IMG/VR virus record: IMGVR_UViG_3300048907_000144
Reading direction: 5' to 3' (one strand)
Length of the DNA stretch: 64,000 bases
DNA from: a virus
Shown here: positions 51,723 to 59,982 of the stretch, piece by piece
Position numbering within the stretch: the first letter of the stretch is position 1
Layout of the letters: every line of letters starts with the position of its first letter
Notes under the pieces: generated by a model
What the model was told of the DNA's origin: nothing
The model's input: only the letters and a program-made list of their open reading frames with translations
Databases searched by the model: none
Position numbers and translations under genes: made by a program

Positions 51723-53217
51723 CGAGGCCTTCCGCGAACAGGTTGTACCCTGCCCCAGCGGTGATCCGGTTGAACGCGCCGGCGGCAGCATCGATCTGGT
51801 CCTTCGCCTTACCGAACGGGAAGCTCTCCATCTCCTCGAGGAAGTCGTGGTGCCAACCGCCCGCGACCAGCCACACATTGCCGTTCTGCACCTGCGCGGA
51901 AAACGGCTCGGCCCGGATCACCTTGTCGCCCGTTACCTTGTCGGCAAAGGCCCGGAACCCAGCCAGCATACGGATGCTGGCCTCAGCAGACTCTTTGCCA
52001 CCCGAGCCCGGCTCTTGTTCGACTCCAACTTCATACGTTCCGGCTGCAAGGTTTGCACGATCATGCTCGGCCCAGAACTTGATGCGCTGCTCGCGGTCGA
52101 GCGCGTTCCACTGGCCTCTAACGACGTGCTCGATGATATAGCGGCCGTCCATCAAGAGGTGCATCAGCACGCCCGCGGTATGCGCGCCCTCGTCCTCGGT
52201 GCCGGCCTTGTCCCAGTACCGCACCGACCGCCGCACATTAGAACGGTCTAACATCGGCACCGCGTGCAGCCGCTCGATCGGGAACATGCCGCCGCCAACG
52301 ACGTATGGCGACTGCTGGAACAGCGCTTCCCAGCTCGCTTCGGACAGGAGTTTTTTGCGTTCTAGCAAGAACTCCAACGACTTATGCTCGGGGAAAAGCG
52401 CCTCACCTTTGTCGCGATACAGCTCGTTGCGGTCGGCGATCGCTTTGAAGTTGAGCACCCGCGTGTTGGGGAAACGGTCCAGCCAACGCCCGGTCGGGTC
52501 GTCCACGTGCCACCGCGTTTGGATCATCACCATGCCGGCGCGATCTGAGAACCGGTTGAAGAAGTCGTCCGATAGCCAATTCCAGGTCTTGTCCCGGATC
52601 ACCGTCGACTGCGCTTCGGCACGGCCTTTGATCGGATCGTCTATGACCCCAAGGTCGAGCCCGAAGCCGTTGATCTTGCCGTTGATCGTGGTGTTGCGGA
52701 ACGAACCGTTGCGGCCCACGAATTCGAGGAAGGTCGTGGTTCTGCGACGATGGCCACTCCCCTCCCCGCCTTCGCCTCCGTAGAGCCGGGTCTTGGGGAA
52801 GATCGCGCGATAAGCCGGCGTCGCCATCATGCGCTGCATATGCAGGTTGCAGCTCATGCCCAGCTCGTCCGCGTAGCTCGCAAATAGCGTCTTGCTGTCC
52901 GGGTCCTTGCCCGCCACCCAGCAGCAGAAGTCCTTCATGGTGTCCGACTTGCCGTGCTGCGGAGGTGCGCCCAGCACCAGCTTCGGCCGCTTGCCGGCTT
53001 TGAGGTCGTACCAAAACGTCGTCAGGTTGTCGGCCACCTCTTGCTGCCACCAACCCTCGATCAGGTTGGGGCGCACCATGCACCGATATGTCCAGAAGTC
53101 CTTGCGCGCTAACGCGTACCAGGAATTCTCCCAGAGCTTGGCGCCCTCCGGATCGAGCGGCTTGTCATCTACCGTTCGTCGCGTGGCCGTTGCCCGCGTG
53201 CTCTCCTGTATCGTCAT
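51715..53217 (-). CDS. terL: terminase large subunit
   Basis: Walker A PPQHGKS; GVIDDPIKGR..A.S; QTRWHVDD; nuclease WDKAGT...DQIDA. Confidence 0.95.
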   Translation of the reverse strand: MTIQESTRATATRRTVDDKPLDPEGAKLWENSWYALARKDFWTYRCMVRPNLIEGWWQQEVADNLTTFWYDLKAGKRPKLVLGAPPQHGKSDTMKDFCCWVAGKDPDSKTLFASYADELGMSCNLHMQRMMATPAYRAIFPKTRLYGGEGGEGSGHRRRTTTFLEFVGRNGSFRNTTINGKINGFGLDLGVIDDPIKGRAEAQSTVIRDKTWNWLSDDFFNRFSDRAGMVMIQTRWHVDDPTGRWLDRFPNTRVLNFKAIADRNELYRDKGEALFPEHKSLEFLLERKKLLSEASWEALFQQSPYVVGGGMFPIERLHAVPMLDRSNVRRSVRYWDKAGTEDEGAHTAGVLMHLLMDGRYIIEHVVRGQWNALDREQRIKFWAEHDRANLAAGTYEVGVEQEPGSGGKESAEASIRMLAGFRAFADKVTGDKVIRAEPFSAQVQNGNVWLVAGGWHHDFLEEMESFPFGKAKDQIDAAAGAFNRITAGAGYNLFAEGLDD

Positions 53218-53704
53218 CGCTCAGCTCGTGGTCCAAGATCAGGGGACGCTCGATCAGGTGGTCAACCGAAATACCCTTCCTGATCATACGGTGACGTACC
53301 TCAACCACCGTCATGTATTCCTCAGCGTCCTCAGGCTGCTCTTCACGCACTGTGATCGAGGCTAGGCGCGGGCGCTCATACGGCAGCCGCAGCGCCAACA
53401 AGTCCTTCATGTGCTTGAGCCATTCCCAGAACTCAGCTTTGTCGCCACCCTCGCGCGGCGTGCCGTTCGGATTGTAGGGCGACGTGATTGCCAGCGCACC
53501 AGCCACGTATTTGGTGAGCTCGCGCGCATGATCCAACGAGCCTTTATCGCCCCTGTGCTCCGCAACGTTCTGGAGGTGGCGCACCTCGCTCTTGGTCGCC
53601 TCCATCAGCTTCTCGCGGTTGGACTTTCTGCGCAGATCGGGGTCCCGGATGCGCTTCTTTGTGCTCTGGACGGATGGCGCACTAACGTCCTTCATGCTGG
53701 CCAT
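53165..53704 (-). CDS. putative terminase small subunit
   Basis: Immediately upstream of and overlapping TerL; basic N-terminus; ...PYERPRLAS motif. Confidence 0.6.
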   Translation of the reverse strand: MASMKDVSAPSVQSTKKRIRDPDLRRKSNREKLMEATKSEVRHLQNVAEHRGDKGSLDHARELTKYVAGALAITSPYNPNGTPREGGDKAEFWEWLKHMKDLLALRLPYERPRLASITVREEQPEDAEEYMTVVEVRHRMIRKGISVDHLIERPLILDHELSDDDTGEHAGNGHATNGR

Positions 53705-53716
53705 GGCGTCCGGTCC

Positions 53717-53857
53717 TTAGATTCTACGCGCGGCGTATGGCAATACGACGTAGCCGTGGTCCACGATGGAGATCGTGTCACCCCATCCACCACACCATTC
53801 GCTGAAGTCGAAGTAGCAGAGGATGGGTCCGTGGTGCGACCAGATCATGGGGCTCAT
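53717..53857 (-). CDS. possible 46-aa aromatic-rich peptide
   Basis: Translated by hand: MSPMIWSHHGPILCYFDFSEWCGGWGDTISIVDHGYVVLPYAARRI; weak RBS. Confidence 0.3.
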   Translation of the reverse strand: MSPMIWSHHGPILCYFDFSEWCGGWGDTISIVDHGYVVLPYAARRI

Positions 53858-53968
53858 CTCGAAACAGGTGGGGGCCGGTACCTACCCGGCGGAACGTCGG
53901 ATCGACGGGCCAGCCCCCTTGCCTTCCCTGGTCCGCCCCACAGTAACGTGGGCAGGGTTGGCAACTCT

Positions 53969-54235
53969 TCAACTCAGAACGGGCACCTTCTGTTCGTTGA
54001 GGTGCTGGCGGATCGCCTTGTCCACGGCGACGAAGCGCTTGGCAACGCCATCATTGTCCGCGAGGTCGGTCAGCCGCGCGCCGACCGCGGCCATCTTGCC
54101 AGCCTCCTGCCAAAACTGCACGGCTACGTCGTCTTGGTAGATTGCAACGAGCGTATGCACGGCCGGGTAGTCGCGCTCGATTCCACGGCCCACAGCCATC
54201 GCGCAGTCGACCGCAGCGATCTGGACCGGGGTCAT
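53969..54235 (-). CDS. hypothetical protein
   Basis: MTPVQIAA start; ATGA overlap. Confidence 0.55.
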   Translation of the reverse strand: MTPVQIAAVDCAMAVGRGIERDYPAVHTLVAIYQDDVAVQFWQEAGKMAAVGARLTDLADNDGVAKRFVAVDKAIRQHLNEQKVPVLS

Positions 54236-54444
54236 GTCTTGTACCTCAACTCGGGCGGGAACGTGCGCAGCGTGTGCCCGCTCAGGTGATCCGGGTCGGG
54301 AACGCGCAGCTCTGCCTCCCTCACCTTGGCGAAGTGCGCGCAGGTCGGGCAGTCCCCGGCGAAGCCGTGCGCGCAGGGCTTGCGCTCGCGCTCGATGCTC
54401 TCTGCCAGAGCCTTGCCCAGAATCTCGATCGGTACGCTGGTCAT
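54232..54444 (-). CDS. small Cys-containing protein
   Basis: CAHGFAGDCPTC; ATGA overlap. Confidence 0.55.
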   Translation of the reverse strand: MTSVPIEILGKALAESIERERKPCAHGFAGDCPTCAHFAKVREAELRVPDPDHLSGHTLRTFPPELRYKT

Positions 54445-54599
54445 GGACACGGCACCGAGGCCAACAGAAACAGGAACCAGAACAACGCGGCCCAGAACAG
54501 CATGAATGGCAACAGCGGGAAGCTCGCGGCCCACAGCAAGTAGGCAAACGGAATGCGCCAACCGTCGTAACGCTTGCCCTCGTATGTCACGAACGTCAT
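54441..54599 (-). CDS. small membrane protein
   Basis: Hydrophobic C-half; ATGA overlap. Confidence 0.55.
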   Translation of the reverse strand: MTFVTYEGKRYDGWRIPFAYLLWAASFPLLPFMLFWAALFWFLFLLASVPCP

Positions 54600-54922
54600 T
54601 TCGGCACGTCCTGCGAGGAGCCCATCCACATCAGCGCCAAGCTGGAGGCGGCACCGCGCACACCATGCGCGTTCGCTTCGCTCGGCAGCATCAGATCGGC
54701 CACCCGCTTAAGTACTTCCTCCCAGTCGCCACCGAGAGCAACCGCAACGCTGGCCAGCTCGGCCGCGCGCACCATGGGATCGAACTCCTGCTCGGCGTTT
54801 GTGTAACCGATCCTGATCAGCTCTCGCCGGTACTGCTCAAACCGCTCCCTGGCGCGCTCGCGCTCCTCCACCGGCAGGTTGTCGAACTGCTTGATGATCG
54901 CGGTGTGGGTAGGGTCGCTCAT
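54596..54922 (-). CDS. hypothetical protein
   Basis: ORF track; ATGA overlap. Confidence 0.6.
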   Translation of the reverse strand: MSDPTHTAIIKQFDNLPVEERERARERFEQYRRELIRIGYTNAEQEFDPMVRAAELASVAVALGGDWEEVLKRVADLMLPSEANAHGVRGAASSLALMWMGSSQDVPK

Positions 54923-55194
54923 ACCACAACCGCTTCTCCGACCTTGCGCAGCGTGACTGGGGTAATGTCAGTATAGGCGTACCAGAGCGCCTCATACACC
55001 ACGAAATACGCTCCAGGGGCCCCCGCAGCCAGTTCTCGGCACCTTTGCTTGGCGGCATCCAGGGTTGAGTGCAGCTCGGTCTGCACTGCACCCAGCGCCC
55101 CTAGCTCGCCAGGATCGGAGCCGTCATCCGGCGGCGTGAACCCGCCTACGATCCAGTGCTTTCTGATCGCTGCGGTGTTCGTCGTGTCAGGCAT
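54919..55194 (-). CDS. hypothetical protein
   Basis: ORF track; coupled. Confidence 0.6.
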   Translation of the reverse strand: MPDTTNTAAIRKHWIVGGFTPPDDGSDPGELGALGAVQTELHSTLDAAKQRCRELAAGAPGAYFVVYEALWYAYTDITPVTLRKVGEAVVV

Positions 55195-55429
55195 TGCGGA
55201 CCTTCGGACGGTTGGGACGCCGCTTCAGAAACTCTGTAAGCAGCAGCTGGTCACGCTTCGCCGTCGTCCGCATGCCGTCCCGATCGATCTGGAACGAGAA
55301 CTCGACGCCGCACTCCCCACAAATCAGTGGTTGGTACGAGATCGTAGACAATGGCTCCGGCCAGTCCGCGACGATTGCGTTGCCCGACTGGTGATGGCAA
55401 AGCGGACAATGAAGCTCCATCCGGACCAT
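55187..55429 (-). CDS. small zinc-ribbon-like protein
   Basis: CPLC and CGEC motifs. Confidence 0.6.
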   Translation of the reverse strand: MVRMELHCPLCHHQSGNAIVADWPEPLSTISYQPLICGECGVEFSFQIDRDGMRTTAKRDQLLLTEFLKRRPNRPKVRNA

Positions 55430-55567
55430 TTATTGCTGCCCGCTGCGATTGGCCGCCGCTTGTGTGGCGTCCGAGGTCAAGCGCAAGCCGTCCACCTGGC
55501 GGTTCGGTGAAGCCGGCACGATGCATGAGAACGCGATCGCTGCCGCGAAGATGGCGACCTGTTTCAT
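55430..55567 (-). CDS. possible small exported peptide
   Basis: Translated by hand: MKQVAIFAAAIAFSCIVPA...; fills the gap between neighbouring genes. Confidence 0.4.
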   Translation of the reverse strand: MKQVAIFAAAIAFSCIVPASPNRQVDGLRLTSDATQAAANRSGQQ

Positions 55568-55570
55568 AGA

Positions 55571-56017
55571 TCATGCGCTCCCTCGCCCGGTCGAACTCCA
55601 TTCCAGCCCGACCCTGGTCTCGTGCCCGCGATTGCGGCTGATCATGGTCTCGTACGCCACCACGCGCGCGATCAGCGTGCCGCCTTCGTTAACCCAACCG
55701 ACCACGCGCTCGTTCATCGCGTCGTCTGTCCATTCGAACTTCTGCCCGCCTCCGCGCACCACCATGATGCGCTCCTCTTGGCCGTACTGCGGGACATTGA
55801 TGTTGCCGTACTCGCCCCGCAAGTACGCGTCCATGGTGTCGACCGCGTTCTGCAACTTGTCGAAGTACACCGTCCGCCAGAACACCCGCGCGCGCCACGG
55901 CACCAGCTCGATCGCGGCGTCGACCGCCTCGTTGACCTTGACCGCGGTTGCCAGCGCGGCACCGCCGAGCGCACCCGCCACGGCGCCACAAACGATCATC
56001 CTGCGCCGAGTAATCAT
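55571..56017 (-). CDS. hypothetical protein with Tat-like N-terminus
   Basis: MITRRRMIVCGAVAGALGGAALA. Confidence 0.6.
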   Translation of the reverse strand: MITRRRMIVCGAVAGALGGAALATAVKVNEAVDAAIELVPWRARVFWRTVYFDKLQNAVDTMDAYLRGEYGNINVPQYGQEERIMVVRGGGQKFEWTDDAMNERVVGWVNEGGTLIARVVAYETMISRNRGHETRVGLEWSSTGRGSA

Positions 56018-56151
56018 GGCACCGTCCGTCTATTGGCGAGCATCAACTCGATGAACGTTTTGAGCGGAACGTAGCCGATGGCAAAGCCAGCACCGGCTGC
56101 CACAGACATGAAGAAAATGGTTGACCCGGTTATGGTTATAGTCGCGTCCAT
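56014..56151 (-). CDS. small single-TM protein; first gene after the NusG paralog
   Basis: MDATITITGSTIFF...; stop overlaps next ATG. Confidence 0.5.
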   Translation of the reverse strand: MDATITITGSTIFFMSVAAGAGFAIGYVPLKTFIELMLANRRTVP

Positions 56152-56240
56152 AGCGGCAGCACTCGACGGGCAGTCGCGTTCAGGTCGAACCCCCACTCCA
56201 ACACCCGTTCCGCGGCAACGCTGCCCTGGTTGCGTCGGGT

Positions 56241-56831
56241 CTATGGTGCTGTTGGCGTATGTACTTCGACGTGCCGCTTGTCTTTTCGCGAATGTCTGCG
56301 TCTCTTACGTTTCTTGGTCGGCGGAGGTGGCGAGCTTACGACTGAAACGTCCCTGCTGTCCACGTCCACAGGTACATACCGCCCCAGCCATTCAAATTCG
56401 AGCCGCAATCGGCCATCCTCGGCAACTCCCTGGTAGACTGCTTGGTGACCGGACGCTGGCCCGTAGCCACCTACAATGACGCGATCACCGCGTTGAAAAG
56501 GTTCGGGGATTTCTTCGGGAGGGAGAACGTCAGTGCCGCCACATCGCTCGATCAGCCGATCTACGACCGGCTGGTGCAAAACGCCGATCCGTTCGCCGAA
56601 CATGACAAGGCCCAGCACCTTAGTGGCGTCACGCAATACGTCCCAGCACAACTCAGTGTGCACGAAGATGTAGCGGGGGAACGCTGGCAGGATGCGCTCG
56701 ACCACGCGCCCACGATAAACCGCAGAGGCGCGGCGCTTGAAGCAAATATGATCGTAAGACAGACGCCGCAGGTCTTCGGAGACTAGGTGCTCCGAATTCG
56801 GATGCGTCACGGCCAGCGTCCAGTCGACCAA
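56241..56831 (-). CDS. NusG/RfaH-family transcription antiterminator
   Basis: TTG start after AAGGGG; WTLAVTHPNSEH...PAFPRYIFV (NGN); FQRGDRVIVGGYGPASGHQAVY...LRLEFEWLGRYVPVDV (KOW). Confidence 0.85.
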   Translation of the reverse strand: MVDWTLAVTHPNSEHLVSEDLRRLSYDHICFKRRASAVYRGRVVERILPAFPRYIFVHTELCWDVLRDATKVLGLVMFGERIGVLHQPVVDRLIERCGGTDVLPPEEIPEPFQRGDRVIVGGYGPASGHQAVYQGVAEDGRLRLEFEWLGRYVPVDVDSRDVSVVSSPPPPTKKRKRRRHSRKDKRHVEVHTPTAP

Positions 56832-56885
56832 TCGGTGGCCCCTTCGATAGGATCGAATCAGGAAGGCTTGACCGTGGCTTACACC

Positions 56886-56901
56886 ACGTTCGGTCGAACG
56901 T
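56886..56901. promoter_or_regulatory. operator-like palindrome upstream of the NusG paralog
   Basis: ACGTTCG-GT-CGAACGT perfect 7-bp arms. Confidence 0.5.
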
Positions 56902-56915
56902 CCAACATTATGGAC

Positions 56916-56946
56916 AAAAAAAGGCCGCCTCGAAGAGAGGGCGGCC
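56916..56946 (-). terminator. rho-independent terminator ending the early gene block
   Basis: Minus strand: GGCCGCC-10 nt loop-GGCGGCC followed by T7. Confidence 0.85.
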
Positions 56947-56982
56947 AAACAAAAGGAGGAGTTAAAGGACCTATAGCGCAGA

Positions 56983-57156
56983 CTAAAGCCCAGCCGGCGG
57001 CGATTCGTCAAGCGGCTTCTTGGCGTCCAGCAGTTGTAGCAGCGCGGTCGCCACCTCGCGCGATAGCACAATCGCCCCCAATGGATTCCCGCTGGCAGGA
57101 AGCCGGTACTCGATCAGCTCGCGCAGCTTGGCCACGGCCTCGGCTGGCGTCGTCAT
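56983..57156 (-). CDS. hypothetical protein
   Basis: GAGG RBS; ATGA overlap. Confidence 0.55.
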   Translation of the reverse strand: MTTPAEAVAKLRELIEYRLPASGNPLGAIVLSREVATALLQLLDAKKPLDESPPAGL

Positions 57157-57329
57157 GCCACCTCCTCGTCGTTCGGCCACGCGTCCACGATGGTGACCCG
57201 GCGCTCGCGCCCGAACTTGAGCACCAGCTGATCGACGTGCTGCTTCAGCTCCCACAGCGTCAGCGGTCCCTTGATCATTTCCGCCAGGGCCGCGTCGAGC
57301 GGGCTGACGTCCACTTCCTTCTTGTTCAT
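57153..57329 (-). CDS. hypothetical protein
   Basis: MNKKEVDV start; ATGA overlap. Confidence 0.55.
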   Translation of the reverse strand: MNKKEVDVSPLDAALAEMIKGPLTLWELKQHVDQLVLKFGRERRVTIVDAWPNDEEVA

Positions 57330-57718
57330 TTCGGCCCCACGAGGTGAGTTGGAGGTGTCGGCATCCTGTCCTTGTGCCGCGTTGGACGCCACAGGTGCAG
57401 CGTAAACGGGTGACAGTTCACGTAGTCGATCTTGCGCGGGTGAAATTGAACCACCAGTTCGTCCTCCTTCCAGAACAGCGCCTTGACCACGCACATCTCC
57501 ATCCAGATCGGACAACGATCGGGCGTCGACACCGAGACGTGCTCCCACCACGCGGAGGTGCGGTCGGCCCTATTGGCGATGATCCGCAGCTCGGTCCGAG
57601 CTGCGTCTAACATGACCTCCAGCTCGAACGCGCCGAAGGGATCGCCGGGATTGCTGGCCCAGTCGCTGTCCGCCAGGATGCGGCAGCGCTCGATCTCCTC
57701 TGGCCAGGGATCACGCAC
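57326..57718 (-). CDS. conserved phage protein (WEHVSVS...HLWRP family)
   Basis: WWEHVSVSTPDRCPIWMEMCVVKALFW...QFHP...YVNCHPFTLHLWRP. Confidence 0.8.
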   Translation of the reverse strand: MRDPWPEEIERCRILADSDWASNPGDPFGAFELEVMLDAARTELRIIANRADRTSAWWEHVSVSTPDRCPIWMEMCVVKALFWKEDELVVQFHPRKIDYVNCHPFTLHLWRPTRHKDRMPTPPTHLVGPK

Positions 57719-57983
57719 GCCAGCCTCCCGGCCCGAACATCTCGCGCTCGTTCTCGGGCACGAGGTGGTCAATCAGCGCGATGAACATCGCGCGGAACTC
57801 AGGACGTGCTGACGGCTCGAGCCCGGCGAGGTAGGTCGCCGTCATGTCGGCCAGCACAGCAGATTGAATTTCAGGTTCCTTGCCCTTCAGGATTGGATGC
57901 AGGTGCTGCCTAATCGCCTTGCGCAACCTCCGCGCCGTCCACTCCAGCTCGCGCATGCTCGCTGCCATCTCCGGGTCCGACAT
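57711..57983 (-). CDS. hypothetical protein
   Basis: AAGGA RBS before MSDPEM. Confidence 0.55.
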   Translation of the reverse strand: MSDPEMAASMRELEWTARRLRKAIRQHLHPILKGKEPEIQSAVLADMTATYLAGLEPSARPEFRAMFIALIDHLVPENEREMFGPGGWRA

Positions 57984-58749
57984 CCTTGTCCCTCCACAGC
58001 TCGGTCTTGGCGATCTTGTGCTCGCGCTTCTTGATCCAGCTCGCGGCGCGGTCGTTGAGCATCGGCCACGCGGGAAGATCGATGTCCGCCATCTGCTGGA
58101 ACGCCTCGTCGCGGTACGCCCACGTCGATTCCTCGGCGCAGGCGTCCTCCTCGATGATGATCGCGCGCTGGCCAATCCGCATGGCGCGCAGGGCCTGCCT
58201 AAACCACGTCTCCTGCAGCGACGGCCAGGAGCAGAACACGGTGCGGTCGCGGAAACGGCGCACAGCTCGCTTGGCCGGCATCCTTTGTTGCGCCGGGTCG
58301 TACACGCCGAGCTTGATCCATGAGTGGCCGATGCCGCTGTCGGTGCCAATCACGTCGATGTTGCGGTGGCGCATCAGCGCGGTCAGGTAGCCAGAGCCTG
58401 CTCCGACCTCGACGATAGGCTGGTGCGCCTCCAGCGCGTCCAGCAGCTCTTTGCATGGGATGCTGAACCCGAACTCCTTGATCGCCTTGGTGCGCGTGTC
58501 GTACATGATCCGGGTGCGCTCGACGCGCTCGTTGACGTCGAAGTTCTTCCCCTCAAGGATCGGATCGGTGCCGAGCGCCCATGCTCGCCGGTACATCAGG
58601 AAGTCGGCGCCCCACCGCTCGATGATCTGGTCGTGCGACCACACCGGCTGGCCGGTCGCCCAGCCGCGCATGGTCTCGATGATCTGGTGGTCCGCCTCGA
58701 TGGTTAGCGGTCCCGCGATGCCCTGCACCACCATGTTGAAGTCGCTCAT
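57910..58749 (-). CDS. class I SAM-dependent methyltransferase-like protein
   Basis: FSIP...IVEVGAGSGY...DVIGTD...VFCSWP. Confidence 0.8.
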   Translation of the reverse strand: MSDFNMVVQGIAGPLTIEADHQIIETMRGWATGQPVWSHDQIIERWGADFLMYRRAWALGTDPILEGKNFDVNERVERTRIMYDTRTKAIKEFGFSIPCKELLDALEAHQPIVEVGAGSGYLTALMRHRNIDVIGTDSGIGHSWIKLGVYDPAQQRMPAKRAVRRFRDRTVFCSWPSLQETWFRQALRAMRIGQRAIIIEEDACAEESTWAYRDEAFQQMADIDLPAWPMLNDRAASWIKKREHKIAKTELWRDKDVGPGDGSEHARAGVDGAEVAQGD

Positions 58750-59117
58750 GGCTCGATCCTTTCCACGTCCTCGCGCGAGCCGAATTTGGCCAGGATGATG
58801 ACCCGGTCCGCCCGCCGGGCGATCTCCCGCGCCAGAGGGCCCAGCTGGGCCAGCTGGGCGGGGTCTGCAGCGATTAAGGGTACGAAGGGGTATGGACCTA
58901 GCGGCCCGGCGCAAACCCCCTCACCGGCCTCGTCAAGGCTCAGGAAGGCCCATATATGGTCGATCCGCCGCAGGTGGTTGCCGGGATCGTGCAGCCGCTG
59001 CTCGGCATAGCCGGGCACCGCTTGCCCCAGCCGCAGTTCGGCGTTCTCGGCATGCAGCCGCGCGATCTCCTTCTCGGCGCGGTCAAGCGCCGCCTTGATC
59101 TCGTTCCAACCAGTCAT
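58746..59117 (-). CDS. hypothetical protein
   Basis: ORF track; ATGA overlaps. Confidence 0.6.
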   Translation of the reverse strand: MTGWNEIKAALDRAEKEIARLHAENAELRLGQAVPGYAEQRLHDPGNHLRRIDHIWAFLSLDEAGEGVCAGPLGPYPFVPLIAADPAQLAQLGPLAREIARRADRVIILAKFGSREDVERIEP

Positions 59118-59644
59118 CCCATCCTCCCGAGCGCGGCAAGCTTGGCTACGATCTCCTCAGTCGTGTGTTCCGGTGCTTCGGTGCCGTGCATGACGACGTG
59201 CCATTGATGGTCAGACACCATCGGCGGAGCGAAGATCGTGAACGCTTCATGCGCTCCGGTTCGCACAAGGGCGACATAGCCTTCGCGCGCACGCCGCTCG
59301 AGGTAAGCGCGAAGCGCTGGGTCTTCGTGGGCGTCCGGGTAGGCCGAATCGAGCCACACTTGAATGACCGGGATGTCGTTCTTTACGCCCTCGCTTTCGA
59401 TCTGGATGAAGTCCGGGACAAGATCGATGACGTAGTGCGAGCGGTCAGGCCTGCGCAGGTCGGCCGTGTCGTCATTCGACAGCCAGCGACACGTCCAGAT
59501 CGCACAGTCGATCGGCCGCTTGGCGTAGATCGCGCAGCCGGTGTGGCGCTGGTGCTGACAGCGCTCGCCAGCTCCCTTGCGCAGTGCTTTGACCGGCACC
59601 AAGCGGCAGCACAGCGAACATTCCCCGCATTGCCTCTGCATCAC
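59114..59644 (-). CDS. YkgJ-like CxxCxxCC cysteine-cluster protein
   Basis: CGECSLCC...C.H...CAIYAKRPIDCAIWTCRWL. Confidence 0.8.
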   Translation of the reverse strand: MMQRQCGECSLCCRLVPVKALRKGAGERCQHQRHTGCAIYAKRPIDCAIWTCRWLSNDDTADLRRPDRSHYVIDLVPDFIQIESEGVKNDIPVIQVWLDSAYPDAHEDPALRAYLERRAREGYVALVRTGAHEAFTIFAPPMVSDHQWHVVMHGTEAPEHTTEEIVAKLAALGRMG

Positions 59645-59982
59645 AGCGCCTCCATAAATGCTTCGTCACCGAACACAACGGCGATGTCCCCGACCAGAAA
59701 GTCAGGCGAAGCGCCGCAACCGACAGCCTTACGCATCGCATTGTCCCAAAGCTTGGTCGCCGGCATGTTCATCGGCAGGCCAGTCAGCTTTCCGTTCTCG
59801 TCACAGAACGCAACGCATCGATGCTGCTTCTTGCCGTGCTGGATCGTGTTGAAGTACGGGACAATCTCAATGTGACCGCCTCCAATCCCGGCCTTGAGCA
59901 CGTCGAGCGTAGGCGAACCGTCGATCTCCCGAACCTCTGGAATTGTCGTTCCTGGCCGGTACACAAGGATCGTGCCCTTCAT
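59641..59982 (-). CDS. DUF3846-like phage protein
   Basis: LKAGIGGGHIEIV...CDENGKLTGLPMN..AT...DFLVGDIAV. Confidence 0.75.
   Translation of the reverse strand: MKGTILVYRPGTTIPEVREIDGSPTLDVLKAGIGGGHIEIVPYFNTIQHGKKQHRCVAFCDENGKLTGLPMNMPATKLWDNAMRKAVGCGASPDFLVGDIAVVFGDEAFMEAL

Noticed and set aside
56178-56195. tRNA suggested by a GGTTCGA T-loop-like string
   Set aside because: No cloverleaf, D-arm or acceptor stem could be built around it
56886-56901. LexA/SOS box
   Set aside because: The alphaproteobacterial box is a GTTC-N7-GTTC direct repeat and the Gram-positive box is GAAC-N4-GTTC; this site is GTTC-N4-GAAC and fits neither
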